Part shown: one piece after another, positions 48,295 through 58,123 of the stretch
How the letters are laid out: every line of letters starts with the position of its first letter
Numbering within the stretch: the first letter of the stretch is position 1
Origin: Gemmatimonadaceae bacterium
GTDB taxonomy: Bacteria; Gemmatimonadota; Gemmatimonadetes; Gemmatimonadales; Gemmatimonadaceae
Reading direction: 5' to 3'
Assembly: GCA_051859245.1 (NCBI GenBank)
Contig: JBHYGA010000004.1
Coordinates: 1 to 64,000 of the forward strand
Length of the DNA stretch: 64,000 bases
Made by a program: the position numbers and the translations under genes
The notes under the pieces: generated by a model
Told to the model about the DNA's origin: nothing
The model's database searches: none
Seen by the model: the letters and a program-made list of their open reading frames with translations, nothing else

Positions 48295-48999
48295 TTAGCG
48301 CAGAATCTCTTCGTGCTCAGACAAAACAGACAGCAACGCACGGACACGCTCGCCGGGATCCGCCGCGCTGAGCACGTCGCCGCACACCGCCACTGCCCGT
48401 GCACCGGCGCGAACACAATCCGAAACGTTGGCCGGCGTGATTCCGCCCAATGCAACGACGGTGTTCCCGCCCTGTGCGACCTCGCGAATCATGCCGATAC
48501 CCGCCGGCCGCACACCAGGCTTTGATTCGGTAGCAAACACCGGCGCGAGCAACAGGTATTGCGGAGCGTGAGCACGGGCTTCCGAGAAAGCGACGGCACG
48601 CTCGTCTCGCGTTGACGAGCGCTGCCGCACGGCACTCGCGGCGAACGTCTCGCCATGCACCGATCGGCCAACGAGCGTTGACACATCGGCTGCGGCAAAG
48701 TGCGGATCACGCTCTGCGCAGTGCACCGAGAGACGAAGCTCCGGGTACGCAGTGCGCAACATGGCGTACGCGCTGGGACGCACCGCCCAGGTCACTCGCG
48801 GATCAGCAACCACGTCGATCAGCACATGGCATAGCGAGATATAGGAAAACAAATCAAGATCCGGTTCGCGCACACGGATCCAGCGCGCCCCACCTTTTGC
48901 TGCACTCACAAGCGCCTCGGGCAGCGCCTGCGTAGAACGCGCACGATCTGTGATCACCATCAGAGGCGACGGCAGTTCGATTTCTTCGAGCGACTCCAT
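48295..48999 (-). CDS. Thiamine phosphate synthase/TenI family protein (divergent)
   Basis: LMVITDR, GRSVH, PVF.T.SKPG, ALGGIT and GA.AVAV; coupled to thiG (TGATG). Confidence 0.8.
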   Translation of the reverse strand: MESLEEIELPSPLMVITDRARSTQALPEALVSAAKGGARWIRVREPDLDLFSYISLCHVLIDVVADPRVTWAVRPSAYAMLRTAYPELRLSVHCAERDPHFAAADVSTLVGRSVHGETFAASAVRQRSSTRDERAVAFSEARAHAPQYLLLAPVFATESKPGVRPAGIGMIREVAQGGNTVVALGGITPANVSDCVRAGARAVAVCGDVLSAADPGERVRALLSVLSEHEEILR

Positions 49000-49775
49000 C
49001 AGCTGCCAATCATACCGATCTCAGGACTCGACGGATCAGCAAACAGTCGTTCCGGAATGCGACCGGCCAGTCGGGCTGCTCGGCCGGCCTGCACCGCGTC
49101 ACGTAACGCGGCCGCCATCAGCACCGGATTGTCGGCACGCGCAACGGCAGTGTTGGCAAGCACCGCACTCGCGCCGAGTTCCATGGCCAGTGCCGCGTGC
49201 GACGCGGTGCCGATCCCTGCGTCCACGATCACCGGGACCGAACTCCGTGAACATAGATGTTCAAGCGTGGACGGATTCAGAATGCCGCGCCCCGAACCAA
49301 TGAATGATGCGAGTGGCATGACCGCGGCGCAGCCAACATCGGCGAGTCGCTGACACGCGACCGGATCATCGGTGCAATACGGGAGCACAATGAATCCATC
49401 GCGCACCAATTGGTCAGCCGCCTGTACCAGTTGCACGATGTCCGGATACAGCGTTTCGCGATCGCCGATCAGCTCCAGTTTCAGCCACGGCGTACCCAGC
49501 GCCTCGCGCGCGAGTTGCGCCGTCAGCACGGCGTCGCGCACCGTAAAGCAGCCGGCCGTATTGGGGAGCAAACGATACGCGTTGCCAAGCAGCGACGGCA
49601 GCGATTCTCCCTCGCCACTCAGCGCAATGCGTCGCACGGCGACGGTGACAATTTCGGTGCGGCTCTCTTTCAGCGCATTGAGCAGCGTTGCGCGATTGGG
49701 ATACCCGGCCGAACCAAGCAACAAACGCGAACCAAACGACTCGCCACCGAGGATGAAGTTGTCGGTCTCAGCCAC
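48999..49775 (-). CDS. thiG: Thiazole synthase
   Basis: [16 protein letters not shown] (Schiff-base Lys), VMPL...IGSG.G and VDAGIG. Confidence 0.96.
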   Translation of the reverse strand: MAETDNFILGGESFGSRLLLGSAGYPNRATLLNALKESRTEIVTVAVRRIALSGEGESLPSLLGNAYRLLPNTAGCFTVRDAVLTAQLAREALGTPWLKLELIGDRETLYPDIVQLVQAADQLVRDGFIVLPYCTDDPVACQRLADVGCAAVMPLASFIGSGRGILNPSTLEHLCSRSSVPVIVDAGIGTASHAALAMELGASAVLANTAVARADNPVLMAAALRDAVQAGRAARLAGRIPERLFADPSSPEIGMIGS

Positions 49776-50067
49776 CGGCCACCGCCGTAATCACTTCAAT
49801 GCGATCGTCGGTGTTCAGTCTCAGGTTGTCCCACTGGGCGCGCGGCACCACTGACTCATTCACTGCGATGGCCAGATGGCGTGTCTCCGCGTTGAGCGAC
49901 AACTGCGCCAGCGCCGCGAGCAGCGTTGGCGTTGGCAGTTCGTGCGGCGTTCCGTTGAGCAACACGCGGACGAACCGTGACGTCGCTTCGTTCGCGACGG
50001 CTGCGGCGTGTTCAGAAGGCGACGTGCTCTGGGACTGGAGTAGCGGTGCCGGCAAAGTCTGTATCAA
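49768..50067 (-). CDS. thiS: Sulfur carrier protein ThiS (start uncertain; GTG at 49965 possible)
   Basis: LNG, AIAVN..VVPR..W and [12 protein letters not shown]-terminal GG. Confidence 0.92.
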   Translation of the reverse strand: MIQTLPAPLLQSQSTSPSEHAAAVANEATSRFVRVLLNGTPHELPTPTLLAALAQLSLNAETRHLAIAVNESVVPRAQWDNLRLNTDDRIEVITAVAGG

Positions 50068-51238
50068 ATCGTGCGGGAGCGAACGCGCTGATCCATTCGG
50101 GCTCAGCGTGATCGCAGATGGTCATGGCAATCGCGTCGGCCGTTGCGGGCGCTAGCAGAATACCATTGCGATAGTGTCCGGTGGCGAACAACAGACGTTC
50201 GTCACGATGGCCAATCATTGGTGCATCATCACGCGAGCCGGGTCGAAAACCACACCAGGTTTCCACCACGCGCGCCGATTCAACGGCCGGCATGGCGCGC
50301 CACGCGCCTTCGAGCAAATGCAACAAGCCGCCAGCCGTGACACCCTCTTCAAAACCGCGGTCTTCAACCGTGGCACCAATGAGGAGCCGACCGGACGTTC
50401 TTGGTACAAGATATACGCGGGGCGTGAACACGGCATGCTGCAGCAGCGGTGTGCTATCGGGCAGCTCCACCGACAACATCTGTCCCTTCACGGGATGGAC
50501 CGGCGGCTTCCATTCATCAGGAATGCCGGCGATCGTGCGTGACCAGGCACCTGCGGCGAGGACGACGTAGTCCGACTCGAGCTGTCCGTGCTCTGTGACG
50601 ACCATTGGCCTCGCACCATCAAGCGAGACGGCGTCCACCCGACGCTGATGCACCGCGACGCCGTGCGCACCGAGCACATCACGCAGTGCGACCAGCACCG
50701 CACGTGGATCCACCTGTCGATCATTGGGCAGATGGCGCGCTGCAAGCGCCGTTGCTTCCAGATTCGGTTCCAGCTCCGCCAGCTGAGCGCGCGTGAGCCA
50801 GCGCTGCGTCGTGCCGAGCCGTTCATGGTACGCGTGTGCATGCTCCAGCTTCTTCACATCGTCACGTGTGAGCGCGACCACGAGCGACCCGCGGGCACGA
50901 AAGTCGAGCGGGATGGTGGAGTGTCCTTCCAGTTCACGCGCGAACGCTGGCCAGAGCGCCAGACTGCGCAGGCACAACGCGTGCAACGCATCTTCCGTTG
51001 GCTCCGCTTCCACGCCCGGCGCCAACAGTCCGGCCGACGCGCGACTGGCCGCGTAACAGCCGCGCCCCTGACTTGGTCCGCCCGCATCAAACACGTCCAC
51101 ACGACAACCACGCTGCACGAGACGCCACGCGATTGATAATCCGATAATGCCACCGCCAATCACAGACACGTGTGGTGCGACCGCGGAGGTAGTCGCGGCT
51201 GCTCCCTCGGTGTGTATGCGCGAAAATGTGCCTGACAC
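50012..51238 (-). CDS. thiO: Glycine oxidase
   Basis: VIGGGIIG, AS.A.AG.L, PVKGQ, IGAT.E, G.RP and GHYRNGILLAP; GTG start after AAGGGG. Confidence 0.94.
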   Translation of the reverse strand: MSGTFSRIHTEGAAATTSAVAPHVSVIGGGIIGLSIAWRLVQRGCRVDVFDAGGPSQGRGCYAASRASAGLLAPGVEAEPTEDALHALCLRSLALWPAFARELEGHSTIPLDFRARGSLVVALTRDDVKKLEHAHAYHERLGTTQRWLTRAQLAELEPNLEATALAARHLPNDRQVDPRAVLVALRDVLGAHGVAVHQRRVDAVSLDGARPMVVTEHGQLESDYVVLAAGAWSRTIAGIPDEWKPPVHPVKGQMLSVELPDSTPLLQHAVFTPRVYLVPRTSGRLLIGATVEDRGFEEGVTAGGLLHLLEGAWRAMPAVESARVVETWCGFRPGSRDDAPMIGHRDERLLFATGHYRNGILLAPATADAIAMTICDHAEPEWISAFAPARFDTDFAGTATPVPEHVAF

Positions 51239-51475
51239 CGCCAACCCCTTAGCTATAAGCAATCGTCGGCACCGCAACGTTGCGAGCGCCAAACCGCTGT
51301 TCCGCACACGATACGAACTGAACCGTGCGGACGTTGGCCGTTGACGTGAACGATACACAACGCTGGCGCTCCCGTGCGCGGCGCTGCAGAATCAGCGTAG
51401 GCCATTGCAGCACTGCCGTGGCTTTGCGCGCGTTCATCCGGAGCGTGCGATTACGTCGCGACGGAGGAACGATTG

Positions 51476-51871
51476 ATGCCATTAGGCCGTGTCAGTCAGC
51501 GCATCGCCGATGTCGTTGGTCAGTGGGAAGGTGTAACCGTGCTTCCGCATCGCTTTGGCGGTGTGGAGTTTCGTGTGCAGCAACGCGAGATCGGACACTT
51601 GCACAACGACCGCACGGCCGACCTGCCGTTCAGCGTTCGCGAGCGACGCGACCTCGTGGCGTCGGGTCGCGCCCGTGCGCATCACATGCTCGCGAACTCA
51701 GGCTGGGTGAGCCTGCCTATTCGCAGCGAGCACGATATTCCGGCGGTGCTCGATCTGTTTCGTCGCAACTACGAGCGACTGCGCGGCCTGGGTCCGCGCA
51801 TGTCGCCGAGTTCGATGGGTGAGTCGATCCAACTGGTGGAGGGGCGCAGCATCGACGAGCTACCGGCGTAA
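51476..51871 (+). CDS. DUF5519-like ('luciferase domain') protein
   Basis: HRFGG.EF....EIGHLH....DLPF and HH....SGWV; GGAGG SD. Confidence 0.8.
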   Translation: MPLGRVSQRIADVVGQWEGVTVLPHRFGGVEFRVQQREIGHLHNDRTADLPFSVRERRDLVASGRARAHHMLANSGWVSLPIRSEHDIPAVLDLFRRNYERLRGLGPRMSPSSMGESIQLVEGRSIDELPA

Positions 51872-51898
51872 CGCGCAACCCGCATAGCAAGTTGCTCG

Positions 51899-51939
51899 CG
51901 TAGCACGATGCTTGCGTAGTACGATGCTTGCGTAGTACG
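51899..51939. repeat. 16-bp tandem repeat, ~2.5 copies, between convergent genes
   Basis: CGTAGCACGATGCTTG-CGTAGTACGATGCTTG-CGTAGTACG. Confidence 0.8.
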
Positions 51940-51944
51940 CGCCG

Positions 51945-53312
51945 TTAGTTGCGTGCGCCGCCCCCGATGGTGCGCACGAGCGCGCTCGATGTATCGACGC
52001 CGCGCCGGACGTGCAGAACAGCGGGCGCGCCGATGGGGAGCAGCACACCGGCGCTGGCGCGAGTCAGGGTTGATGCGTCTGGATGCAGAAACAGACCTTC
52101 TACATTGATGGTATCAATGGCCACCACGCCCGCCAGATCGCCGACTTCGCGCACGCGGCCACCGGTGCGCGCCACCGCATCATCGTAATTGATCGCCAGG
52201 TCAACGCGCGCCGGTGCACTCCCGGGCAAGACCAGTCGCCCGCCGAGCACCAGCACGTCACTCGCACCACCAGTATTGAACGGCAGTTGCTCGTACGTTT
52301 GCGGATCGGCACTGCTCCACGCGCCGGTGGCGAGGGCATCGAATACACTGATGAGCGCCGCCACATGCAGCGCGCGCAGTCGCTGCTTCTGCGGATCGCC
52401 GGGCAACGCACCGCTTTCGATCAGCACGGTACTGGTACCCCATTGCTGCATGAGGTCTCCAAATGCCCGTGGGTTGAATCCGTCGTCGTACTTGGCGACG
52501 CGATTGGGCAACTCAGTCTGGAACGAGGTGGCGAGCGTGGACGCAACGAGACGCGCTCGCGAACGAACCTCATTGTACGCACGCGTCGCATCATGCGGCG
52601 GTGCAAGCAGAGCGATCGCCGCCTGCACGCCATCCCGACCCACGCGCGTTCGCGCATTCTGGTCGTGCAGGTTGAACCCAAACTTTGGTTTGAGTCGGTC
52701 GCGGACCGCTTTCAGTGTCTGGGCTTCGGGCGTAGAGAGTCGGCGCGCGTCACGATTGATGTCGACACCCACGGCATTCTCGCGCTGAAAGACCTCCGCC
52801 CCATCGGGGTTCAGCATAGGAAGAAAAACCAGCGTGACCCCCTTCATGATGCGCTCACGCAGCGCGTCATCGCGGCTCTCCGCGCGCGTATTCGCAAACC
52901 ACCGCACAATGTCGGCCAGCGCCATGGTGGCGGTGGATTCATCGCCGTGCATCTGCGACCACAGCAGCACGGTATCGCGACCGGTGCCAATGGTGATCGT
53001 GCGCAGCGCACGACCGTGCAGCGACTTGCCAACCTCTTCCACTTTGAAGCCCGCGTACGTGGCCACCGGCTGCACGACGTTCCAGAACTGCTCGTGCGTG
53101 AAACGTCGTGTGGTGATTGTGGGTTCGCGGTAGTCAGCGGCAATACGAAGGGCTACGCCCATCGCACTGTCACCACAACACAGCGTGACACCCGATGCGT
53201 TGGGTGTTGGTGCCGTTGCCGCAGGACGTGTTGAGCAAGCCGCAATCAGCGACGCGCACACAACGACTGCGACCACGATCCAGGGCTTAGCGAGCACCCG
53301 AGTTCTCCTCAT
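51945..53312 (-). CDS. M14 family zinc carboxypeptidase (lipoprotein)
   Basis: HGDE, NPDG, DINRD, NLHDQ and LIESG; lipobox IAAC. Confidence 0.92.
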   Translation of the reverse strand: MRRTRVLAKPWIVVAVVVCASLIAACSTRPAATAPTPNASGVTLCCGDSAMGVALRIAADYREPTITTRRFTHEQFWNVVQPVATYAGFKVEEVGKSLHGRALRTITIGTGRDTVLLWSQMHGDESTATMALADIVRWFANTRAESRDDALRERIMKGVTLVFLPMLNPDGAEVFQRENAVGVDINRDARRLSTPEAQTLKAVRDRLKPKFGFNLHDQNARTRVGRDGVQAAIALLAPPHDATRAYNEVRSRARLVASTLATSFQTELPNRVAKYDDGFNPRAFGDLMQQWGTSTVLIESGALPGDPQKQRLRALHVAALISVFDALATGAWSSADPQTYEQLPFNTGGASDVLVLGGRLVLPGSAPARVDLAINYDDAVARTGGRVREVGDLAGVVAIDTINVEGLFLHPDASTLTRASAGVLLPIGAPAVLHVRRGVDTSSALVRTIGGGARN

Positions 53313-56300
53313 TGGCCGCGTTCTTTGCCACGCGCAACATGCGCAGTGCTTCCTGAATGGCTTCCATCAGCTCGCGATCCCGCCCGGCCAGTTCATCCAT
53401 TGGTGAGTTGCGCACCCATACATCCGGCGGCACCCCATAGTTCTCAAGGTTCACGCCATAATTGTTGGGCTTGCTCGGATCGTACGTGACCACAAATGAG
53501 CCTGGCGTACGAATGCTGCCGCCATTGATCAACGTGTAGCTGCCGGTTGCGATGACGGCAGCCGCCGTTGGATTGCCAACAATGCGACCGAGTCCGAGCT
53601 GCCGAAACGCCATCGGCGTGACTTCGGAATCAGAGCCAGAGCGCTGATTCACCAGCATGACTTTGGGACCGGCAATTGCCTGACGCGGCCGGCGTCCCCA
53701 GCTGCGCGACCCGTTGCGGTTGTTCCAGAACTGATACGGCTGACGCTCGAGAATATCGATCAGTTCCTGATCAATGTTGCCGCCCCCGTTGTAACGGATG
53801 TCGACAATGATTCCGGCCTTGTTGCTGTACTGATTGATTTCATTACGGAAGACTTCCAGCGACGGCTGGTTCATGCTGCGAATGTGCACGTACGCGATCT
53901 GACCACCCGATTCCTTGTCAACAATCGCACGACGTTCGTCTACCCACTCCTGATACTTCACATCGCTGAGTGACGTGACCGTGTTGATGCGCACGGTTCG
54001 CGCGCCAGTGCCGTTTGCGTTGGTCGCCACGCGAACAGGTACGTACGTGTTGAGCGTGTTGCTGAGTGTTCTCCAGTAGTTGTCGCCGGCTTTCAGATCC
54101 TGCCCGTCAATGGAGAGCACATACTGCCCCACCTCGAGGTTCAACCATTCCTTGTCGGCCGGACCACCACGATGCACGTGCGAAATACGATACCGACCCG
54201 CCTGTTCATCGGCTTCGAGTTCGAGGCCGAGCAAGCGGGTTTGGGTAATGCGCGGCATGGACCGTGATGGCGGGCCGCTCACTCCGGTGTGCGACGCATT
54301 GAGTTCGCCGATCATTTCGTTGGCCAGGTCGTACACGTCTTCGTTGGTGCCCACGTGTGCGAGCAGCGGCTCGTAGCTACGCCAGATGGCGTTCCAATCA
54401 CGACCGTGCATTTTTTCATCGTAGAACCGGTACTTCATGACACGCCATGATTCGGCCAGCAGTTGCCGCCATTCGTCGCGCCGATTCACCTGCACGGTGA
54501 AGCTGAAGTTCACGCGTTCGGTGCGCTGCGGTGTCGCAAGCACCAGCTTGTGAATTTCGCTTCCGGCGGTACTTGGCGGACCATCGCTCTCCGCGCCGCC
54601 CGCGGCGGCGCGGCGGAAGAAGACCGTACGACGATCCATCGTTGGGGTGAGATCCGGAAACGCTCCGGCTGCAATGCGCCGCCGATTCTGCCCGTCGAGT
54701 CCGATCACAAAGAGTCCGTTCGCATCGTCGCCGGTGCCACCCGTGACGGTGAAATGCACCGAGCGGCCGTCGCGCGCGAGAAAGAGATTGCCTGCGCCTC
54801 CCGCACCACGCGTGAGTTGTATCGCGCGGCGCGCAATGCCAGCGGTATCAACAGTGATCGGCGGCGCCGCAGGAGCCGCAGCGGGTGTGTTTGCGGCCGA
54901 TGCACTCACCGAGGTTGAGTCCGCGCGCTCTGTTCGATTTCCGGCCCGACGCAGCCGCTCACGCACCAGCGGATCGTTTGGATCTTCCTGCAAGCGCACC
55001 AGCGACACCACGAACACATGATTTGTGCCCGCGTCCCGTGACGATGTAAATACCAGCTGCTTGCCGTCCGGCGTGAGCACCGGATTGCCGTCGGTGAACG
55101 GGTTGTTACTCACATTGTATTCGCGACGGGCGCCGATATCGAACAGGAACACATCAGCGTTCTGATCATCATCGCGGCGCGTGTACACAAGCCACCGTCC
55201 ATCGCTCGAGTATTGCGCAATGGAGTACCCACCGGCCGGATTGTGCGCGAGTTCGCGCGGCGAACCGTTGGCAACGTCTACTTCCCACAATCGATTGTCA
55301 GCCACGAACGCCAGCTTGCGCGAATCCGAGGCCCACGTGAGTTCACTCTTGATGGACTCGTGCGTGGTGAGCTTGTTTCGCGCACCGGTTGCGCGATCCC
55401 ACAACCAGATCTCTTCCTCACCCGATTCATCAGAGATGTAGGCGATGCGACGGCCGTCGGGCGACCACAGCTGACTGCGTTCACGCCACGGTGAGTTCGT
55501 GACGCGCGCCAGTTCGCCCACGCCATCTTCACTCGGCACCACCACAATCTCGCCGTGCACATCAACCGCCACGTAGTCGCCCGAGGGGGAGACGGCAAAA
55601 CCGTCGGCGCGATGGTTCGCAGCGATTACGCCGATGTCGTTTTCTTTCGGATCAAACGCCATGCGAATATCGACACGCTGCGGCTGACCACCGGATACGC
55701 TCAGCGTCCACAAGCTGAAGTTGTTTTCGTAGATCATGCGCGACCCGTCAGGCGAGATCGACGGAAACTGCACACCGTCATCCGTGTGTCGCGTGATCTG
55801 TTCTGGTGCGCCGCCCGCGGCGTTGATGCGCCAGATATTGAAGATTCCGTCGCGCTCCGACGCAAAGTAGATGCGACCGTCGGCGCCCCACATTGGGTGC
55901 ACATCGTGCGTGGCCGACTGGTACTGCTTGATGTCCGTGTCAGTGAGTTCGGTGATCGCACCGGTGCGCAGATCCTGCACCGCGATATCCGCGTTGTTGT
56001 TGCCGCGATAGCCCTTACGCCAATAGCTCGGCACCGAGCGATTGAAGGCGACCATGGTCATGTCCTGTTTGATCATGCCCGAACGGCCGGCATCCATGGG
56101 CAGCGCGCGCGGAATCGAACCATCGAGCGCCACCCTATAGAGCGGCGATCCCCACTGCTTCACGCCGCGCCCCGAGGTGAACACCACTTCGCGTCCGTCC
56201 GGCGTCCAGTAGAGCGCCTGGTCATCTCCACTGTGCCACGTCAGTTGCCTCGGTTCGCCGCCTGCGACGGACACGACGTATACATCGTTGTTGCCCATAC

Positions 56301-56676
56301 GATTGCTCGTAAACGCGATCCACTGTCCGTCGGGCGAAAAGCGCGGCATCATGTCGCGCGCCACGTGCGCCGAAAGTCGGCGAGCGTTTGCGCCGTTGGC
56401 GTCGGCCAACCAGATGTCATCCTGGTAGGTGAACGCAATGCGCCCGTCGTTGGCTACGTGCGCGTAGCGGGCGAAACGAATAGGCGAGCTCGCCGCCTGC
56501 GCGCTCGACTGCTGCGCGCTGGCCGATTGCGCGTGCAGCTCGGCGGCGCGTGGCGCGGCGGGGAGAAGCGTTGCCGCCAACGCTCCGAGCAGTGGTACGC
56601 GTTGAATACGTACGCGCGACGCGCTTACGTGTCGCGGCGCGGCGGAAGGGCGGGAGGCGCGAAAGGGGAAAGGCAT
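53287..56676 (-). CDS. S41 family tricorn-like protease (beta-propellers, PDZ, catalytic domain)
   Basis: PD40-like repeats (FSPDG), ELNASH, DIRYNGGG, SGSDSE and ENYGVPPD. Confidence 0.93.
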   Translation of the reverse strand: MPFPFRASRPSAAPRHVSASRVRIQRVPLLGALAATLLPAAPRAAELHAQSASAQQSSAQAASSPIRFARYAHVANDGRIAFTYQDDIWLADANGANARRLSAHVARDMMPRFSPDGQWIAFTSNRMGNNDVYVVSVAGGEPRQLTWHSGDDQALYWTPDGREVVFTSGRGVKQWGSPLYRVALDGSIPRALPMDAGRSGMIKQDMTMVAFNRSVPSYWRKGYRGNNNADIAVQDLRTGAITELTDTDIKQYQSATHDVHPMWGADGRIYFASERDGIFNIWRINAAGGAPEQITRHTDDGVQFPSISPDGSRMIYENNFSLWTLSVSGGQPQRVDIRMAFDPKENDIGVIAANHRADGFAVSPSGDYVAVDVHGEIVVVPSEDGVGELARVTNSPWRERSQLWSPDGRRIAYISDESGEEEIWLWDRATGARNKLTTHESIKSELTWASDSRKLAFVADNRLWEVDVANGSPRELAHNPAGGYSIAQYSSDGRWLVYTRRDDDQNADVFLFDIGARREYNVSNNPFTDGNPVLTPDGKQLVFTSSRDAGTNHVFVVSLVRLQEDPNDPLVRERLRRAGNRTERADSTSVSASAANTPAAAPAAPPITVDTAGIARRAIQLTRGAGGAGNLFLARDGRSVHFTVTGGTGDDANGLFVIGLDGQNRRRIAAGAFPDLTPTMDRRTVFFRRAAAGGAESDGPPSTAGSEIHKLVLATPQRTERVNFSFTVQVNRRDEWRQLLAESWRVMKYRFYDEKMHGRDWNAIWRSYEPLLAHVGTNEDVYDLANEMIGELNASHTGVSGPPSRSMPRITQTRLLGLELEADEQAGRYRISHVHRGGPADKEWLNLEVGQYVLSIDGQDLKAGDNYWRTLSNTLNTYVPVRVATNANGTGARTVRINTVTSLSDVKYQEWVDERRAIVDKESGGQIAYVHIRSMNQPSLEVFRNEINQYSNKAGIIVDIRYNGGGNIDQELIDILERQPYQFWNNRNGSRSWGRRPRQAIAGPKVMLVNQRSGSDSEVTPMAFRQLGLGRIVGNPTAAAVIATGSYTLINGGSIRTPGSFVVTYDPSKPNNYGVNLENYGVPPDVWVRNSPMDELAGRDRELMEAIQEALRMLRVAKNAANEENSGAR

Positions 56677-56808
56677 GGCCGACGGTCTCCGAGAAGGGGA
56701 TGATGCCGGTGAATATGCGCCTCGCCCTCGCAGGACGCGCCCCCCGTTTCGCCATCGTCGCGTATTTTGATGAGTCGTTCTCGCCCCGCCCCCTTTGCCC
56801 GCACTCCC

Positions 56809-58116
56809 ATGACCAGCTCCGTCCCCTCCAGTCGTTCGCTGGCGTTCGTCGCGATCGCCGCCGGCTCACTACTGACCGCGTCCTCACTTTCGGCGCAGGT
56901 TCGCCCAACCGACGACGCCGCACTCGTGACGCGAGCCCGCGGCATTCACGAGCGCGTGATGACGCTCGACACGCACGTGGACATCTCGCCCGCGAACTTT
57001 CGCGCCGATACGCTGAACTACGCCGCCAAGCTGCCGCGTACCCAGGTCGATCTGGTCAAAATGGAAGAAGGCGGACTGGATGCGGCGTTTCTGATCGTGT
57101 ACGTGGGTCAGTCGCCGCGCCTCGACGCCGAGGGATTTGCGGGCGCCAAGGCGTCAGCGCTCGAGAAGTTCGCGGCGGTGCGCCGTCTCACGGACAGCAT
57201 TGCGCCCAAACGCGCCGGACTCGCCCTGACGGCGGCGGACGCGCGTCGCATTTACGCGAGCGGACGGAAGGTGATTTTCATTGGCATCGAAAACGGATTT
57301 CCGGTCGGTTCCGATATCACCAACGTGAAGCGGTTCTACGACTTAGGCGGCCGCTACATGTCGCTGGCTCACAATGGACATAGTCAACTTTCGGACTCCA
57401 ACACCGGTGAAAGAGACAATGTCTGGCTTCACAACGGATTGAGCCCACTCGGTCGGCAGGTGATCGCCGAAATGAATCGACTGGGCATCATGATCGACAT
57501 TTCGCATCCATCCAAGGCGAGCATGATGCAGACCGTGGCGTTGTCCAAAGCGCCGATCATCGCCTCGCATTCTGGCGTGCGCGCCATCTGCAATCACAGC
57601 CGCAACATGGACGACGAGCAGCTCGACGCCATGAAGAAGAACGGCGGTGTGATTCAACTCGTGGCGTTCAACAGCTACGTGAAGTGCGACGCCACGAAGA
57701 CGGCGGCGCGCGAAGCGGCGATTGCCGATCTGCGCAAAGAATTTGGCATCACGGCTACGAACAATCGTGAAGTGAGCGCGGCGATTGCGGCGCTTCCGGA
57801 TGCGCGTCGCAATGAATTTCTGGCCAAGCAGGAGGACATCACAGCGCGTCGGTATCCGGCGGATCCGGCGGCCACAGTGTCAGATTTTGCCGACCACATT
57901 GATTACGTGGTCAAGCGCATCGGCATCGACCACGCCGGCATCAGCTCGGACTTTGATGGCGGTGGCGGCGTGGAAGGCTGGCGGAGCGCCACGGAAACGT
58001 TCAACGTCACGCTGGAGCTGGTGCGTCGCGGCTACACCGAGGAGCAGATCGCCAAGATCTGGAGTGGCAATCTGCTCCGCGTGCTCGAGCAAGTCGAAAA
58101 GGTCGCTGGCAAATAG
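56809..58116 (+). CDS. M19 membrane dipeptidase
   Basis: DTHVD, IENG, EMNRLG..IDISH, ASHS and SDFDGGG. Confidence 0.93.
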   Translation: MTSSVPSSRSLAFVAIAAGSLLTASSLSAQVRPTDDAALVTRARGIHERVMTLDTHVDISPANFRADTLNYAAKLPRTQVDLVKMEEGGLDAAFLIVYVGQSPRLDAEGFAGAKASALEKFAAVRRLTDSIAPKRAGLALTAADARRIYASGRKVIFIGIENGFPVGSDITNVKRFYDLGGRYMSLAHNGHSQLSDSNTGERDNVWLHNGLSPLGRQVIAEMNRLGIMIDISHPSKASMMQTVALSKAPIIASHSGVRAICNHSRNMDDEQLDAMKKNGGVIQLVAFNSYVKCDATKTAAREAAIADLRKEFGITATNNREVSAAIAALPDARRNEFLAKQEDITARRYPADPAATVSDFADHIDYVVKRIGIDHAGISSDFDGGGGVEGWRSATETFNVTLELVRRGYTEEQIAKIWSGNLLRVLEQVEKVAGK

Positions 58117-58123
58117 TCCCTGA

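Noticed and set aside
51240..51470. TPP riboswitch upstream of thiO
   Set aside because: Core motifs absent; only a generic TCCGCAC/GTGCGGA hairpin.
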